Virus record (IMG/VR): IMGVR_UViG_3300021448_000209
Source: a virus
Reading direction: 5' to 3' (one strand)
Length of the DNA: 50,097 nt
Position 1 is the stretch's first letter; each line of letters opens with the position of its first letter. Positions 1 through 8,622 of the stretch are shown one piece after another. A model generated the notes under the pieces. It did no database searches. It had not been told where the DNA came from and saw nothing but the letters and a program-made list of their open reading frames with translations. The translations under genes were made by a program, and so were the position numbers.

Positions 1-47
1 TTTGCGCGATAGCGGTCGTTTTCTATCACAGACCTGATTTGTGGCGG
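1..47. repeat. Terminal direct repeat, copy 1 (identical to 50051..50097)
   Basis: Read directly: bases 1-47 (tttgcgcgatagcggtcgttttctatcacagacctgatttgtggcgg) recur exactly as the last 47 bases. This implies circular closure or terminal redundancy. Confidence 0.95.
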
Positions 48-114
48 AAGAGGTGACTGAGACCAATGAGAACAGGCCGTTGGCAACTTTTGCCGATACC
101 GCGATGGCGGCTCC

Positions 115-134
115 ACGCGCGCGGGCGCGCGCGT
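115..134. repeat. Alternating-GC palindrome acgcgcgc-gggc-gcgcgcgt
   Basis: The 8-bp arms 115..122 and 127..134 are exact reverse complements. It is an alternating CG tract in the non-coding region upstream of terL. Confidence 0.8.
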
Positions 135-203
135 TACAGAGCGGCCGATCGTCGAGACGGTCGGGAACAGTCGCCTCAGTATCTCTATCGACGGCCGGAA
201 ATC

Positions 204-344
204 GACACACCCTACCGAAGGGGGGTGTGTCGGGTGTGTAGAAACGGCGTTGTGGGTGTGTAGGCTGTGGAGAGGGGTGTGAGCGGCCGGTTTTGTAGTT
301 TACTTCCGGCCCAAACAGGCCGAACGGGGTGTGTAGGCTGTGGA
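204..344. repeat. GGGTGTG(T)A iteron cluster with a 9-bp inverted repeat and an 18-bp direct repeat
   Basis: gacacaccc 204..212 is the reverse complement of gggtgtgtc 223..231. Further copies: gggtgtgta at 232..240, 254..262 and 327..335, and gggtgtga at 275..282. The 18-mer gggtgtgtaggctgtgga occurs twice (254..271 and 327..344). Confidence 0.85.
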
Positions 345-396
345 CTGGGCCTCTGACGGCCGATCTCGAATATAATCATAGTAAGCGTGAGAATCG

Positions 397-2001
397 ATGC
401 CAAATTCAAGCAACGCCGACGACGATATATTCCACCGGATCGGGCTCACCCCGGTTAGCGAGTATGCCGAACGGATGCGGAACGGTGACTCGGAATGGTT
501 GGCCGATGCGATCGAGGAGTACCTGGGGTTCCGGGTGACCTACGCACAGCGTCAGATTTGCCGGTCGCTGTGCGAGAACACGAAAACGCTGGTAATGACC
601 GGCAACTCGTTGGGTAAGTCGTACATCCTGGCGGCGATCATCAACGTGTGGCAAACGGTTTGCTACTCGGCGATCACGATAGCGACGTCGGCGACCTACC
701 AGAAGCTCAAGCGGACACTCTGCCGACCGGTCGAGAACTTACACTCAAACGCTTTAGGTGGCATCGGTCTCCCCGGCGAGTACAAGCAACAGCCCCCGCG
801 ACTGGACTACGAGAACGACCCCGAGCATTACTTCGAGGCGGCGAGCCCGAAGGACTCGGGCGAGTTAGAGGGGGCGCACGCCCGCTACACGCTTGGGTTG
901 ATCGAAGAGGCGGACAAGGAGGGGGTCGACGAGGAGTTGGTCGACGCCATGAACTCGCTCCTCTCCGACGATCGGGATCGCCTGATCATGATCGCCAACC
1001 CCCCGGACCCGGGGACGGCGAACGTGGTCGAGCCCCGTTTGGGCGAGTCGAGCCCGTGGAACGTGATACGGCTCTCGTCGTTCGAGAGCCACAACGTTCG
1101 CGTCGAACTCGGCAAAGAGGACGGGCCGATGATCGACGGGTTGGCTACCTTGGATAAGATCAAAGACGACTGGAACGAATACAACGGCGTCCCGTGGCCT
1201 GGCGTCGAGGCCGCTCGAACGAGCCACACGGACGAAACCCTCGATAAGCGGTGGTTCAAACGCCGCCTCGGTCGGATACCCCCGACGGGCGCGACGGTCC
1301 ACCGGCCGATCTATCCGGGGACGGTCGATCTGGCGTCGTTCTCGAAAGAGGACTGGGCGCGTCGGTCGCGAAAGGGCGCGACCCGGCAACCACAGGGGCT
1401 CGGACTCGACGTTGCCCGGACGGGCGGGGACTCGTGTGCTCTCGTGGGGATCTTTGGCGACGAGATACGGGTGCTCGACGTTTGGACGGGGACCGATCAC
1501 GTCTACAACGAGCGCCACGTTCGGGAGCTACTGTGTCCGTCGTGGGACTGTCCGTTTGCGATCGACTCGACACCGGAGGGATCGGGCCTCTCCGATCGGA
1601 TCGATCGGTGGTATCCGGTTCGGCGTCGGTTCATGGCCGGTCGAAAGGCGGTCCAGGGGATGTCGTATTACGACTACTGGGCCGAAGGGTTGCACGCGCT
1701 CGGTCACGTCCTTGAGGACGGCGCACGGTTTTGCGATAGTCGGCTCCGAGAGGAGTTAGAGGCGGCCGCCGCGGTCGTCGAATACGAAGAGAAACACTAC
1801 GCGAGCAGGGGACCGCGGGGCGCTGATGTCTATAAGGCGACCCCGAAATCGGAGATAAAGGAGAAGATCGACCGGAGCCCGGACGTGCTCGACGCGGCAA
1901 TGCAAGCGGCCTGGGCGAAAGAGGTCGGTAGCAAACAGATCGCCGCGGATCACACGGCGGGACCGAGCGGTGGTGTCGGGTTCAATGTCTCGACGCACTG
2001 A
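397..2001 (+). CDS. terL: Terminase large subunit
   Basis: 534 aa. Walker A GNSLGKS, Walker B-like LGLIEEAD, and a C-terminal RNaseH-like nuclease signature GLDVARTGGDSCAL. It is the first gene after the non-coding repeat region. Confidence 0.9.
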   Translation: MPNSSNADDDIFHRIGLTPVSEYAERMRNGDSEWLADAIEEYLGFRVTYAQRQICRSLCENTKTLVMTGNSLGKSYILAAIINVWQTVCYSAITIATSATYQKLKRTLCRPVENLHSNALGGIGLPGEYKQQPPRLDYENDPEHYFEAASPKDSGELEGAHARYTLGLIEEADKEGVDEELVDAMNSLLSDDRDRLIMIANPPDPGTANVVEPRLGESSPWNVIRLSSFESHNVRVELGKEDGPMIDGLATLDKIKDDWNEYNGVPWPGVEAARTSHTDETLDKRWFKRRLGRIPPTGATVHRPIYPGTVDLASFSKEDWARRSRKGATRQPQGLGLDVARTGGDSCALVGIFGDEIRVLDVWTGTDHVYNERHVRELLCPSWDCPFAIDSTPEGSGLSDRIDRWYPVRRRFMAGRKAVQGMSYYDYWAEGLHALGHVLEDGARFCDSRLREELEAAAAVVEYEEKHYASRGPRGADVYKATPKSEIKEKIDRSPDVLDAAMQAAWAKEVGSKQIAADHTAGPSGGVGFNVSTH

Positions 2002-2133
2002 TCGTCCGTCCTACGGCGTACACTGGCGCTGAGAGCGGCCGGAGTGTCCGGTCGGGCGAAGGTCCTCGGACGAACAGAACACGGCAGCAAGCGGCATTGA
2101 GGCGGCGCAGATCGGCTTACAGGATACAACACA

Positions 2134-2622
2134 ATGGCTAACAACGTCAACGGCGCGCTGACTGACTACGGTGAGGAATTGGTTGAAAAGAGCTTCTTTA
2201 ACTCGAACTACACCCGGGTATCGACGGCGACCATTTCGATGTTCAACGCGAGCAGCGATACGGTCGACGAGAACACCCAGGACAAGTCGTCGCTCTCGAC
2301 GGCTCAGACGTCGATCGAACAGGTCGTGAACCTGGTTGACGGCGACGGGTCGGTCGACGGGTCGGGTGATGCGTCCTCGGTTGATGTTAACGCATCCGGC
2401 GATACGATCCGGGCAACGTTCAACGTCCGATTCGACGTCTCGGGGATCACGTCCTCGACGGTCGTCGATCACTTCTACATGACGGCTACCTTTACCTCGG
2501 ACGTCGCGGGGGCTCAGGGGTCGGCGAACGAGAACCTGATCGCGGTCGGGACGCTCGGTGGCTCTCGCGACCTCTCCGAGAACGACACTGTGGACGTCAC
2601 TGTCCACCTCGAACTACAGTAA
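2134..2622 (+). CDS. Small acidic virion protein, fibre-base/collar-like (paralogue of 33167..33574)
   Basis: 162 aa. N-terminal LTDYGEE matches LTYDGED of the 33167 ORF, and the two C-terminal strands are similar (SENDTVDVTVHLEL vs SEGLETTIRHPFDI). Both ORFs sit directly upstream of a large fibre-like gene. Confidence 0.5.
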   Translation: MANNVNGALTDYGEELVEKSFFNSNYTRVSTATISMFNASSDTVDENTQDKSSLSTAQTSIEQVVNLVDGDGSVDGSGDASSVDVNASGDTIRATFNVRFDVSGITSSTVVDHFYMTATFTSDVAGAQGSANENLIAVGTLGGSRDLSENDTVDVTVHLELQ

Positions 2623-2693
2623 GTCCATACCGGGCTGTTGCCCGGTCATGGCTCACAGATCACTATCATTTCGGTACTCAAGCGGTTACATCA

Positions 2694-4721
2694 ATGACTG
2701 AGCAAGCAACGTTCCACGGCGGTCGGTATCCCGTTCCTGAGAACGAGGACGATTTCGGTCCTCCGGTCTCGGGAACCGGCCCGTACTCCTACAATTCGGA
2801 AATGAACTGGGGGGACGCTTACCAAACCCTCGTTCAACACCTCGATGAGGATGTCGCTAAGGACGGGCCGATCGCCGATCGACCCTCTCCCGGTGCGGGT
2901 CTCAAGTGGTATTACGCCACGGACGAAGTAACGTTGTACTACGCGACCGGTTCCTCGTGGATCGTGGTCGCGAACGGGGGCGGCGGGGGTAGCGGCGGCG
3001 CTCCCCTCATGGCGGACGTGTTTGTGTACGACGATTCGGGGACGATCACGGTGGTCGAGCGGGGAACAGCGGACCCTATCGCGACCGGGGACGCGACCGC
3101 ACAGACGTCGGCCCGTCAGACGCTTCAAACCGCTATCGACTCGACTCCGAATCATGGCGACCTGTACGTCCAGGGCGACTATTCGATCGACACGACCCCG
3201 CTCACACTCGGCGGGAACAAGACCCTCCGCGGCGACGCGACGCTTCGACAGCCGAACGCCGACAACGACCTGATTCACATTCGGGGGACGGTCGGGAGCT
3301 ATCAGACGCTCAATTCGGACGTTACGGCCGGTAGTGGGGTGATCCCGGTTCCCGATCCGTCCGTATTTGGCGAGGGCGACCTGATCGAAATATCGAAACA
3401 GGTCTCGGTGTCTCCGTCAGACAGTGATAACCACGGCGAAATAGAGCGGGTCGAGTCCGCGGATGCCTCGTCTGTGTACGTCAACGGGCCGTTGCTTGAG
3501 GGCTACCCGACGGCGGACGGCGCTCGGGTTCGGCCGATCACCCCGGAGTCGGCGCGGATCATCGGGCTTCGGATGATCGGGCCGAGCGGGAATCAGCTTA
3601 GCGGTGGGATCGACGCCGAGTATTGCACGAACACGGTCATAAAGGACGTCGACATAAAGTACTTCGATAACTTCGGTGTCCGGTTTGATAGCTGCTACAA
3701 CTCGCGCTTGAGCGAGTTTAGAGTCGAACACGCTCAGAGAGACCGGGACGGCGGCGACACCGGGTACGGAGTGTGGTACGCTGGCGGATCTAACATCATC
3801 GAGATTTCACATGGAAAAATCTCGGGATGTCGCCACGCGACCGCCGGTACGGGCGGTGACGGCGCGCATGGCAAGGCGATCAGGGTGATCAACGTCGACG
3901 CCCGACAGCCAGAGGATAAGACGGTCGCGAACCACCTTTACGACTCGCACACGGGCGTCTATGAGCTATCGTTCATCGATTGTACCGCCGAACTCGTTGC
4001 CGACTACGACATTGCTTTCGTTTCGGGGGCTCGACGGACGATCATTAAGGGGTGCGAGGTAAAGGGTAAGGAGTTCGATACTGGGAACGGCGCGACGCAC
4101 TTCTATGAGCCACGAGGTGATATGCAAGGCTGTACGCTGATTGCGGAGGATAATTTCGCAAGGGGTATTCGAGGCTTCCGCCTGAATAGTTCTGTCCAGT
4201 ACGATCTCGTACGACTATCGGGTAACGTATTCGTCGACGGTGACTTTATGTTTGACCACACGTCGGGGATACAGGTCGATCAGGTCGAGATCACTGAGAA
4301 CGTCTCACGGGGTGCGGACGATTCCGTTATCGAGGTCACAGGCGATACGCGCGGACTCTACCAGAACAACACGGTCATTAATTGCGAGGACTACCCGTTT
4401 GTATTCACGGACTGTACCGACCTCGTTATCGAAGGGAATACCTTTCGGGCGAGTAGCAACGACGCCGGGATCTTTCTGGACGGTTCGGGGACGGACCCGA
4501 CGGGTGTTACGGCGAGTTACATTGCTCGTAACGTTGCTATCCCCGGTTCGACCGGGAACGGTCGGATCGTGTTCGAGAACATCGGTTCGGGGAACCGCTA
4601 TGTAGCGAACGAGGGGTACTTCGTTATTGACGGGTCGGACCAACAGGCAGGCGCTCAGTTTCGCGGGACGTCGGAGCCGAGTGACTGGAAAGACGGAGAC
4701 ATTTGGTTCGATACGTCGTAA
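2694..4721 (+). CDS. Right-handed beta-helix tailspike-like protein (putative glycan depolymerase)
   Basis: 675 aa. A Gly linker (GGGGGSGG) is followed by repetitive beta-helix-like rungs (NTVIKDVDIKYFDNFGVRFDSCYNSRL, IIKGCEV, LVIEGNTF). The motif pair CRHATAG / YDSHTG is shared with the 27561 and 39440 ORFs. Confidence 0.7.
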   Translation: MTEQATFHGGRYPVPENEDDFGPPVSGTGPYSYNSEMNWGDAYQTLVQHLDEDVAKDGPIADRPSPGAGLKWYYATDEVTLYYATGSSWIVVANGGGGGSGGAPLMADVFVYDDSGTITVVERGTADPIATGDATAQTSARQTLQTAIDSTPNHGDLYVQGDYSIDTTPLTLGGNKTLRGDATLRQPNADNDLIHIRGTVGSYQTLNSDVTAGSGVIPVPDPSVFGEGDLIEISKQVSVSPSDSDNHGEIERVESADASSVYVNGPLLEGYPTADGARVRPITPESARIIGLRMIGPSGNQLSGGIDAEYCTNTVIKDVDIKYFDNFGVRFDSCYNSRLSEFRVEHAQRDRDGGDTGYGVWYAGGSNIIEISHGKISGCRHATAGTGGDGAHGKAIRVINVDARQPEDKTVANHLYDSHTGVYELSFIDCTAELVADYDIAFVSGARRTIIKGCEVKGKEFDTGNGATHFYEPRGDMQGCTLIAEDNFARGIRGFRLNSSVQYDLVRLSGNVFVDGDFMFDHTSGIQVDQVEITENVSRGADDSVIEVTGDTRGLYQNNTVINCEDYPFVFTDCTDLVIEGNTFRASSNDAGIFLDGSGTDPTGVTASYIARNVAIPGSTGNGRIVFENIGSGNRYVANEGYFVIDGSDQQAGAQFRGTSEPSDWKDGDIWFDTS

Positions 4722-5458
4722 TGCCGATCAACCATAATAACGGGGGTTCAACTCAGCAGGTGACCCCGTACGTGCGGAAGAGCGGCCAACCTGTCGAGCC
4801 GGACGTCTATGTACGGAAGAACGGATCGGCTGTCCTGGTTCATGACTCGTCGGGGTCGAATTGGTCGACACTGAGCAGTTTCGAGTCCGATCCCGTTACA
4901 AGCGGGTATGAGGGCGAGACATCCGACTTTACCGAACACACGTCGAACCCGATCGCTGGCTCCCAGTCGATCGAGGGAACCAGCAGCGCCGATTGGATCG
5001 CCACGACGGACATCCCGACCCCCCGGACGGACTCGAACGGGAACCCGGTCGAGTATCGTCTTGCGAGCCGGATGGACATCGACGAAACGATGATCCCCCG
5101 GGTGTGCGTTCAGGACCCATCGTCGGGCGACGGTGGGTATACGAACCACTACGCGCTCCGGTTCACTACGGGCGATAACTTTCAGCTACAGATGCGTGAC
5201 GGCAGCACGAGCACGTCAGTTATCGCCGGGAAGGACTTAGATCAGAACCCATCGGAGGGTGATGAGTACGTACTCGGTATCCGGTTGGATAGCAGTGATA
5301 TAACCGGGCTGCTGTACGAGCACGCTGGCAACGGCGACGCTGGCGCTAAGATAGATCAGATTACCACGACGAACACGACGCACAGTGGCGGGTACTTTGG
5401 CCTCGCTACCGGTAACTCGGCTGGCTCGGTGGCCGATGAACTTCGATGGAACGGGTAG
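4721..5458 (+). CDS. Jelly-roll (ConA/LamG-like) fibre-associated protein
   Basis: The ATG at 4721 overlaps the TAA of the upstream gene (TAATG); the track ORF start at 4703 is an upstream TTG. 245 aa. The segment FESDPVTSGYEG...GSQSIEG parallels FEYASRSGYED...GSQAIYH in the 37588 ORF. Confidence 0.55.
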   Translation: MPINHNNGGSTQQVTPYVRKSGQPVEPDVYVRKNGSAVLVHDSSGSNWSTLSSFESDPVTSGYEGETSDFTEHTSNPIAGSQSIEGTSSADWIATTDIPTPRTDSNGNPVEYRLASRMDIDETMIPRVCVQDPSSGDGGYTNHYALRFTTGDNFQLQMRDGSTSTSVIAGKDLDQNPSEGDEYVLGIRLDSSDITGLLYEHAGNGDAGAKIDQITTTNTTHSGGYFGLATGNSAGSVADELRWNG

Positions 5459-5479
5459 GACCGGTTTCGGTTACTTACG

Positions 5480-7882
5480 ATGGACTCTGACAATGGCGGC
5501 GAGGCGAATGGACCGGTTACCACAGCGGCAGCGTCGAGTGTAGTAGCTTCGGCGACTATCGACTCGGGTTCGTCCGGTTCGACCTACCCGCTTGTTACGG
5601 ACGATTCGTTCGGCTCCGTCCCGTTCGCGACCGGTCCATTCGGCGGCTACAAGTCGGCGGGTTCGACCACCGGCTTCGGGACGATCAGGTCGGACGAGAC
5701 GGCGACGGCGAGCGGTTCCTCATCGATAGAGGCGACGGCGACGATACAGTCGGGCGAGTCGGTGTCGACCTCTGGCGGAATCGTCGCTACCAGCACCCCG
5801 GCGGTCTCGACGGGTTCGGCAACGGCGATCGAGGCCCAGGTCTCGGCGCTCACGTTCGTTCCGATCGGGAGCGCGTCGGAGAGCGCGGCGAGCTATACGG
5901 CTACGGCGGCCGGCTCGGCAGCGGCGGGAAGCGCGGCGTCGGCGTCCTCGTCCGGGTCGGTGACCGAGACCGCTCCCGCGGCGATCGGGACCGATACGGC
6001 GGTGTCGGCAGAGTATGCCGGTTCGACGGCAGCGGTGCCTCGTATCGGTTCGGGCTCGGCGGCGACGTCGAGCGGTACCGTTCGGCCGGTCGCGAGCGCG
6101 GCGGCCGATTCGGGAAGCACAGTTGCTACCGAAGCCGCCTCGTCGCTGCTGGCTCCGGTTACATCGGGGACCGGTGCGTCGGGGGCTATCAGCGCCACAC
6201 GTCGGATCACGGCGAGCGAGAGCGCTGGTTCTGCCGGGACCGGTGTTGGGACGTACCGGTCGACGTTAGCGGCTCAGGCGGCCGCTCAGTCGGCGGCCTC
6301 GACCTCGTTGTACCGGTACGGGACAGCATCGGCGGCGGGGACGGTCGGGTCGAGCAGTACGGCCCGCCCTACCTTTACTGATATTATCGCTGTCCTCAAG
6401 ACCGGTGGGAGCAGTGCGTCGGCGTCGACATCGGGATCGTCCGTGTTGGTGTCGACCACCGCCGGTCTGTCGGACTCGACGGCCGATCTCGCGTCGAGTG
6501 TTGGTTTCCCCGCATCCGCGGCGGCCCGATCAGGGGCAAGCGCGGCGACGACGGCGGCAAGCTCACTATCGGCGGCCCCGACTATCCCCACGCGCGTAGA
6601 TGGGGTATCGGATTTCCGGGCTCATGTACCCGCCTCAGCATCCGCACAGTCCGATGGAACACTTACCGTAACCCATGCGCGGTCGAGACTCGAAAACGCC
6701 ACAGCGCTACAGTCAGCGGCTCTCAGTGAGACGGCAACGACGGCGGCGCTAACGGCGTTGTCTACCGCCGGCTCTCGCGCATCCGTCGAGACCGCCGATG
6801 GCATCACGGTGACGGCGATCGGCGGGGTCGGGTCTGACTCGATCGCCACTCCGTTCGGTCGGTCGGCGTTGACCGCGGCCACGGCGATCGGAAGCGATCA
6901 CATACCGTCGATCGATGCCCGTGTAGCGACAAGCGGCTCGGCAGCGGTCGGGTCGGATAGCGGGGTCGATCTCTATCGACGCGGGTCGATCGGTGGTCGG
7001 TCGGCGATCACGTCGGCGGCGGCGTCGGCGGTATCCATGCTTGTCTCTCTGAGCGCCACACAGGCGCTTGGATCGGATGCATGGATCTCCGAGTCCACTG
7101 GGTCGTCGGCATTGGTCGCCCGCTCTCGTAGCGCCTCACAGGCTCTCACAGAGACCGAGTTCATTGCGGCGGTCATAGGGGCCGGGCCACTGGCAACGGC
7201 AGCGTCGACATCGGTTACTCGACGGTCGGATCTCACCGCATCGTCGTTGCTCCCAAGCGGGGCTACAGCCTCGTCGAGCGGCCGGAGTTCGATCGTTGGC
7301 GCGGGTGCGATCGGTACAACCGCCCGGTCGGATCTACTCCGGTCGATTTCGTTCGAGCCCTCGAACCGCGTTCGGTCGACGACGACCGTTCTGGTATCGG
7401 ATGCCAGAGGGTTTACTGTCGTTCAACGGATCGATTCGTCGACGACCACGGATACGATCGGGGCATGGTCCCCAGTAACGGCCTCACGGACGAATACGGC
7501 CACCACAACGGATTCCGAATCGATCACGACGTTCACCCCATCGGTGTCGATCGAGAGCCTTACAACGGCGCTCTCGACGTTCGGGTCGACGTTCGACGCT
7601 GCTGTCCTAACCAAGACAGACTTTGAGACGTTCGCCTCGTCCCCGAGTGACGTAATTGAGGAATTCGCGACGACCGTCCGGGTACCGGTTTCGATCGAGG
7701 CGGAGGTCGATATGGGGGTCGTGGTCGAGGCGATCGTCGGCGTCATGAGCGCCGAGACGTCCTACTACTACCCCGATGCGAAGCGGTACTACGATACCGT
7801 TTCCCTCCGTGCGTCTCGGTCGGTCGAGTCAACTCTTAAGGCGAGCCGAGACCTTGAAACGAACGTCGACGCCGGCATTTAG
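5480..7882 (+). CDS. Ser/Ala/Thr/Gly-rich low-complexity fibrous protein with an ordinary C-terminal domain
   Basis: 800 aa. About 640 aa are almost entirely S/A/T/G/V, with a degenerate recurring pattern (R/Y-x-x-hydrophobic-x-A-x-S/G-A-x-G-S-D/A). The last ~160 aa have normal composition (YYYPDAKRYYDTVSL). Same strand and tight spacing as its neighbours. Confidence 0.65.
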   Translation: MDSDNGGEANGPVTTAAASSVVASATIDSGSSGSTYPLVTDDSFGSVPFATGPFGGYKSAGSTTGFGTIRSDETATASGSSSIEATATIQSGESVSTSGGIVATSTPAVSTGSATAIEAQVSALTFVPIGSASESAASYTATAAGSAAAGSAASASSSGSVTETAPAAIGTDTAVSAEYAGSTAAVPRIGSGSAATSSGTVRPVASAAADSGSTVATEAASSLLAPVTSGTGASGAISATRRITASESAGSAGTGVGTYRSTLAAQAAAQSAASTSLYRYGTASAAGTVGSSSTARPTFTDIIAVLKTGGSSASASTSGSSVLVSTTAGLSDSTADLASSVGFPASAAARSGASAATTAASSLSAAPTIPTRVDGVSDFRAHVPASASAQSDGTLTVTHARSRLENATALQSAALSETATTAALTALSTAGSRASVETADGITVTAIGGVGSDSIATPFGRSALTAATAIGSDHIPSIDARVATSGSAAVGSDSGVDLYRRGSIGGRSAITSAAASAVSMLVSLSATQALGSDAWISESTGSSALVARSRSASQALTETEFIAAVIGAGPLATAASTSVTRRSDLTASSLLPSGATASSSGRSSIVGAGAIGTTARSDLLRSISFEPSNRVRSTTTVLVSDARGFTVVQRIDSSTTTDTIGAWSPVTASRTNTATTTDSESITTFTPSVSIESLTTALSTFGSTFDAAVLTKTDFETFASSPSDVIEEFATTVRVPVSIEAEVDMGVVVEAIVGVMSAETSYYYPDAKRYYDTVSLRASRSVESTLKASRDLETNVDAGI

Positions 7883-7899
7883 CCGAATTAGTCACTACC

Positions 7900-8622
7900 A
7901 TGAATCAGACCACTATCGACGGGGAATATATCGGCTATCGACATACGTACGGCGAACATGGACCGGTAGTCCTGATCCACGGTAACGCATCGTCGGGCGA
8001 CAGTTGGTGGTCCACGCAGGACGCGCTTTCCCCGACCTACGAGACCTACGCGCTCGACCTTCCCGGGTCGGGCGGGTCGTCGTACCACCACCGTATCGAG
8101 AGCCTTCGCTCCCTCGGGGGTATGGTTGCCGAGTTTGTCGGTGAAATCGGCAAGCGCTGCTCCCTGTGGGGGTGGTCGGCGGGTTGTGGGGTCGGTCTCC
8201 ATGCCGCCGCCCAAAGCGATCAGATCGACCGGATGATCCTGATGGGTCCCCACGGCCCTGATGGATATGGCATTACGCCGTTCAACGCATACCGGTTGCT
8301 CGTTTCGTCGGTCCTCGATCCCGATTTCACCGAGTTCTACCGGTCGGGGTGGGAGAACGAGAATACCGCCGAGATAACTCAGAGCGTCCTCGATTTTGAA
8401 ATGCCAACCAACCTCCGGGGACAAAGTACGTTGGTCCTTCGGGGCTCGAACGACGCTATCTCGACGGATCGGATGGCCGACGAAATGGTCGAGGCGATCA
8501 GGAACCGCGGTGGCTTATCCGACAAGATCGAGATCCCGGGAGCCGGCCACAGCCCGCACACCGAGAACATGGATCGGACCCTTGAGGCCGTAACGAACTA
8601 CCTGAGTAAATTCCGCCGATGA
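7900..8622 (+). CDS. Alpha/beta-fold hydrolase (esterase-type)
   Basis: 240 aa. HG motif VVLIHGNAS, nucleophile elbow GWSAG, acid residue in RGSNDAI, and catalytic His in GAGHSPH, in the canonical order. Confidence 0.8.
   Translation: MNQTTIDGEYIGYRHTYGEHGPVVLIHGNASSGDSWWSTQDALSPTYETYALDLPGSGGSSYHHRIESLRSLGGMVAEFVGEIGKRCSLWGWSAGCGVGLHAAAQSDQIDRMILMGPHGPDGYGITPFNAYRLLVSSVLDPDFTEFYRSGWENENTAEITQSVLDFEMPTNLRGQSTLVLRGSNDAISTDRMADEMVEAIRNRGGLSDKIEIPGAGHSPHTENMDRTLEAVTNYLSKFRR

Noticed and set aside
41-263. Plus-strand ORFs 41..241 and 66..263 (and 212..409 minus) in the region upstream of terL
   Set aside because: The translations are Arg/Ala-rich and basic, with alternative starts. The ORFs lie over the iteron and palindrome array, so the region is better explained as non-coding. 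A small basic DNA-binding protein cannot be fully excluded.
2630-2645. A hairpin ccgggc-tgtt-gcccgg right after the stop of 2134..2622 as a terminator
   Set aside because: It has only a 6-bp stem and is not followed by an oligo-T run. The next gene starts 49 nt later in an apparently continuous operon.
7888-8424. A 178-aa minus-strand ORF overlapping the hydrolase gene
   Set aside because: The plus-strand frame carries a complete alpha/beta-hydrolase motif set in the canonical order. The minus frame has no motifs and would break the co-directional operon.
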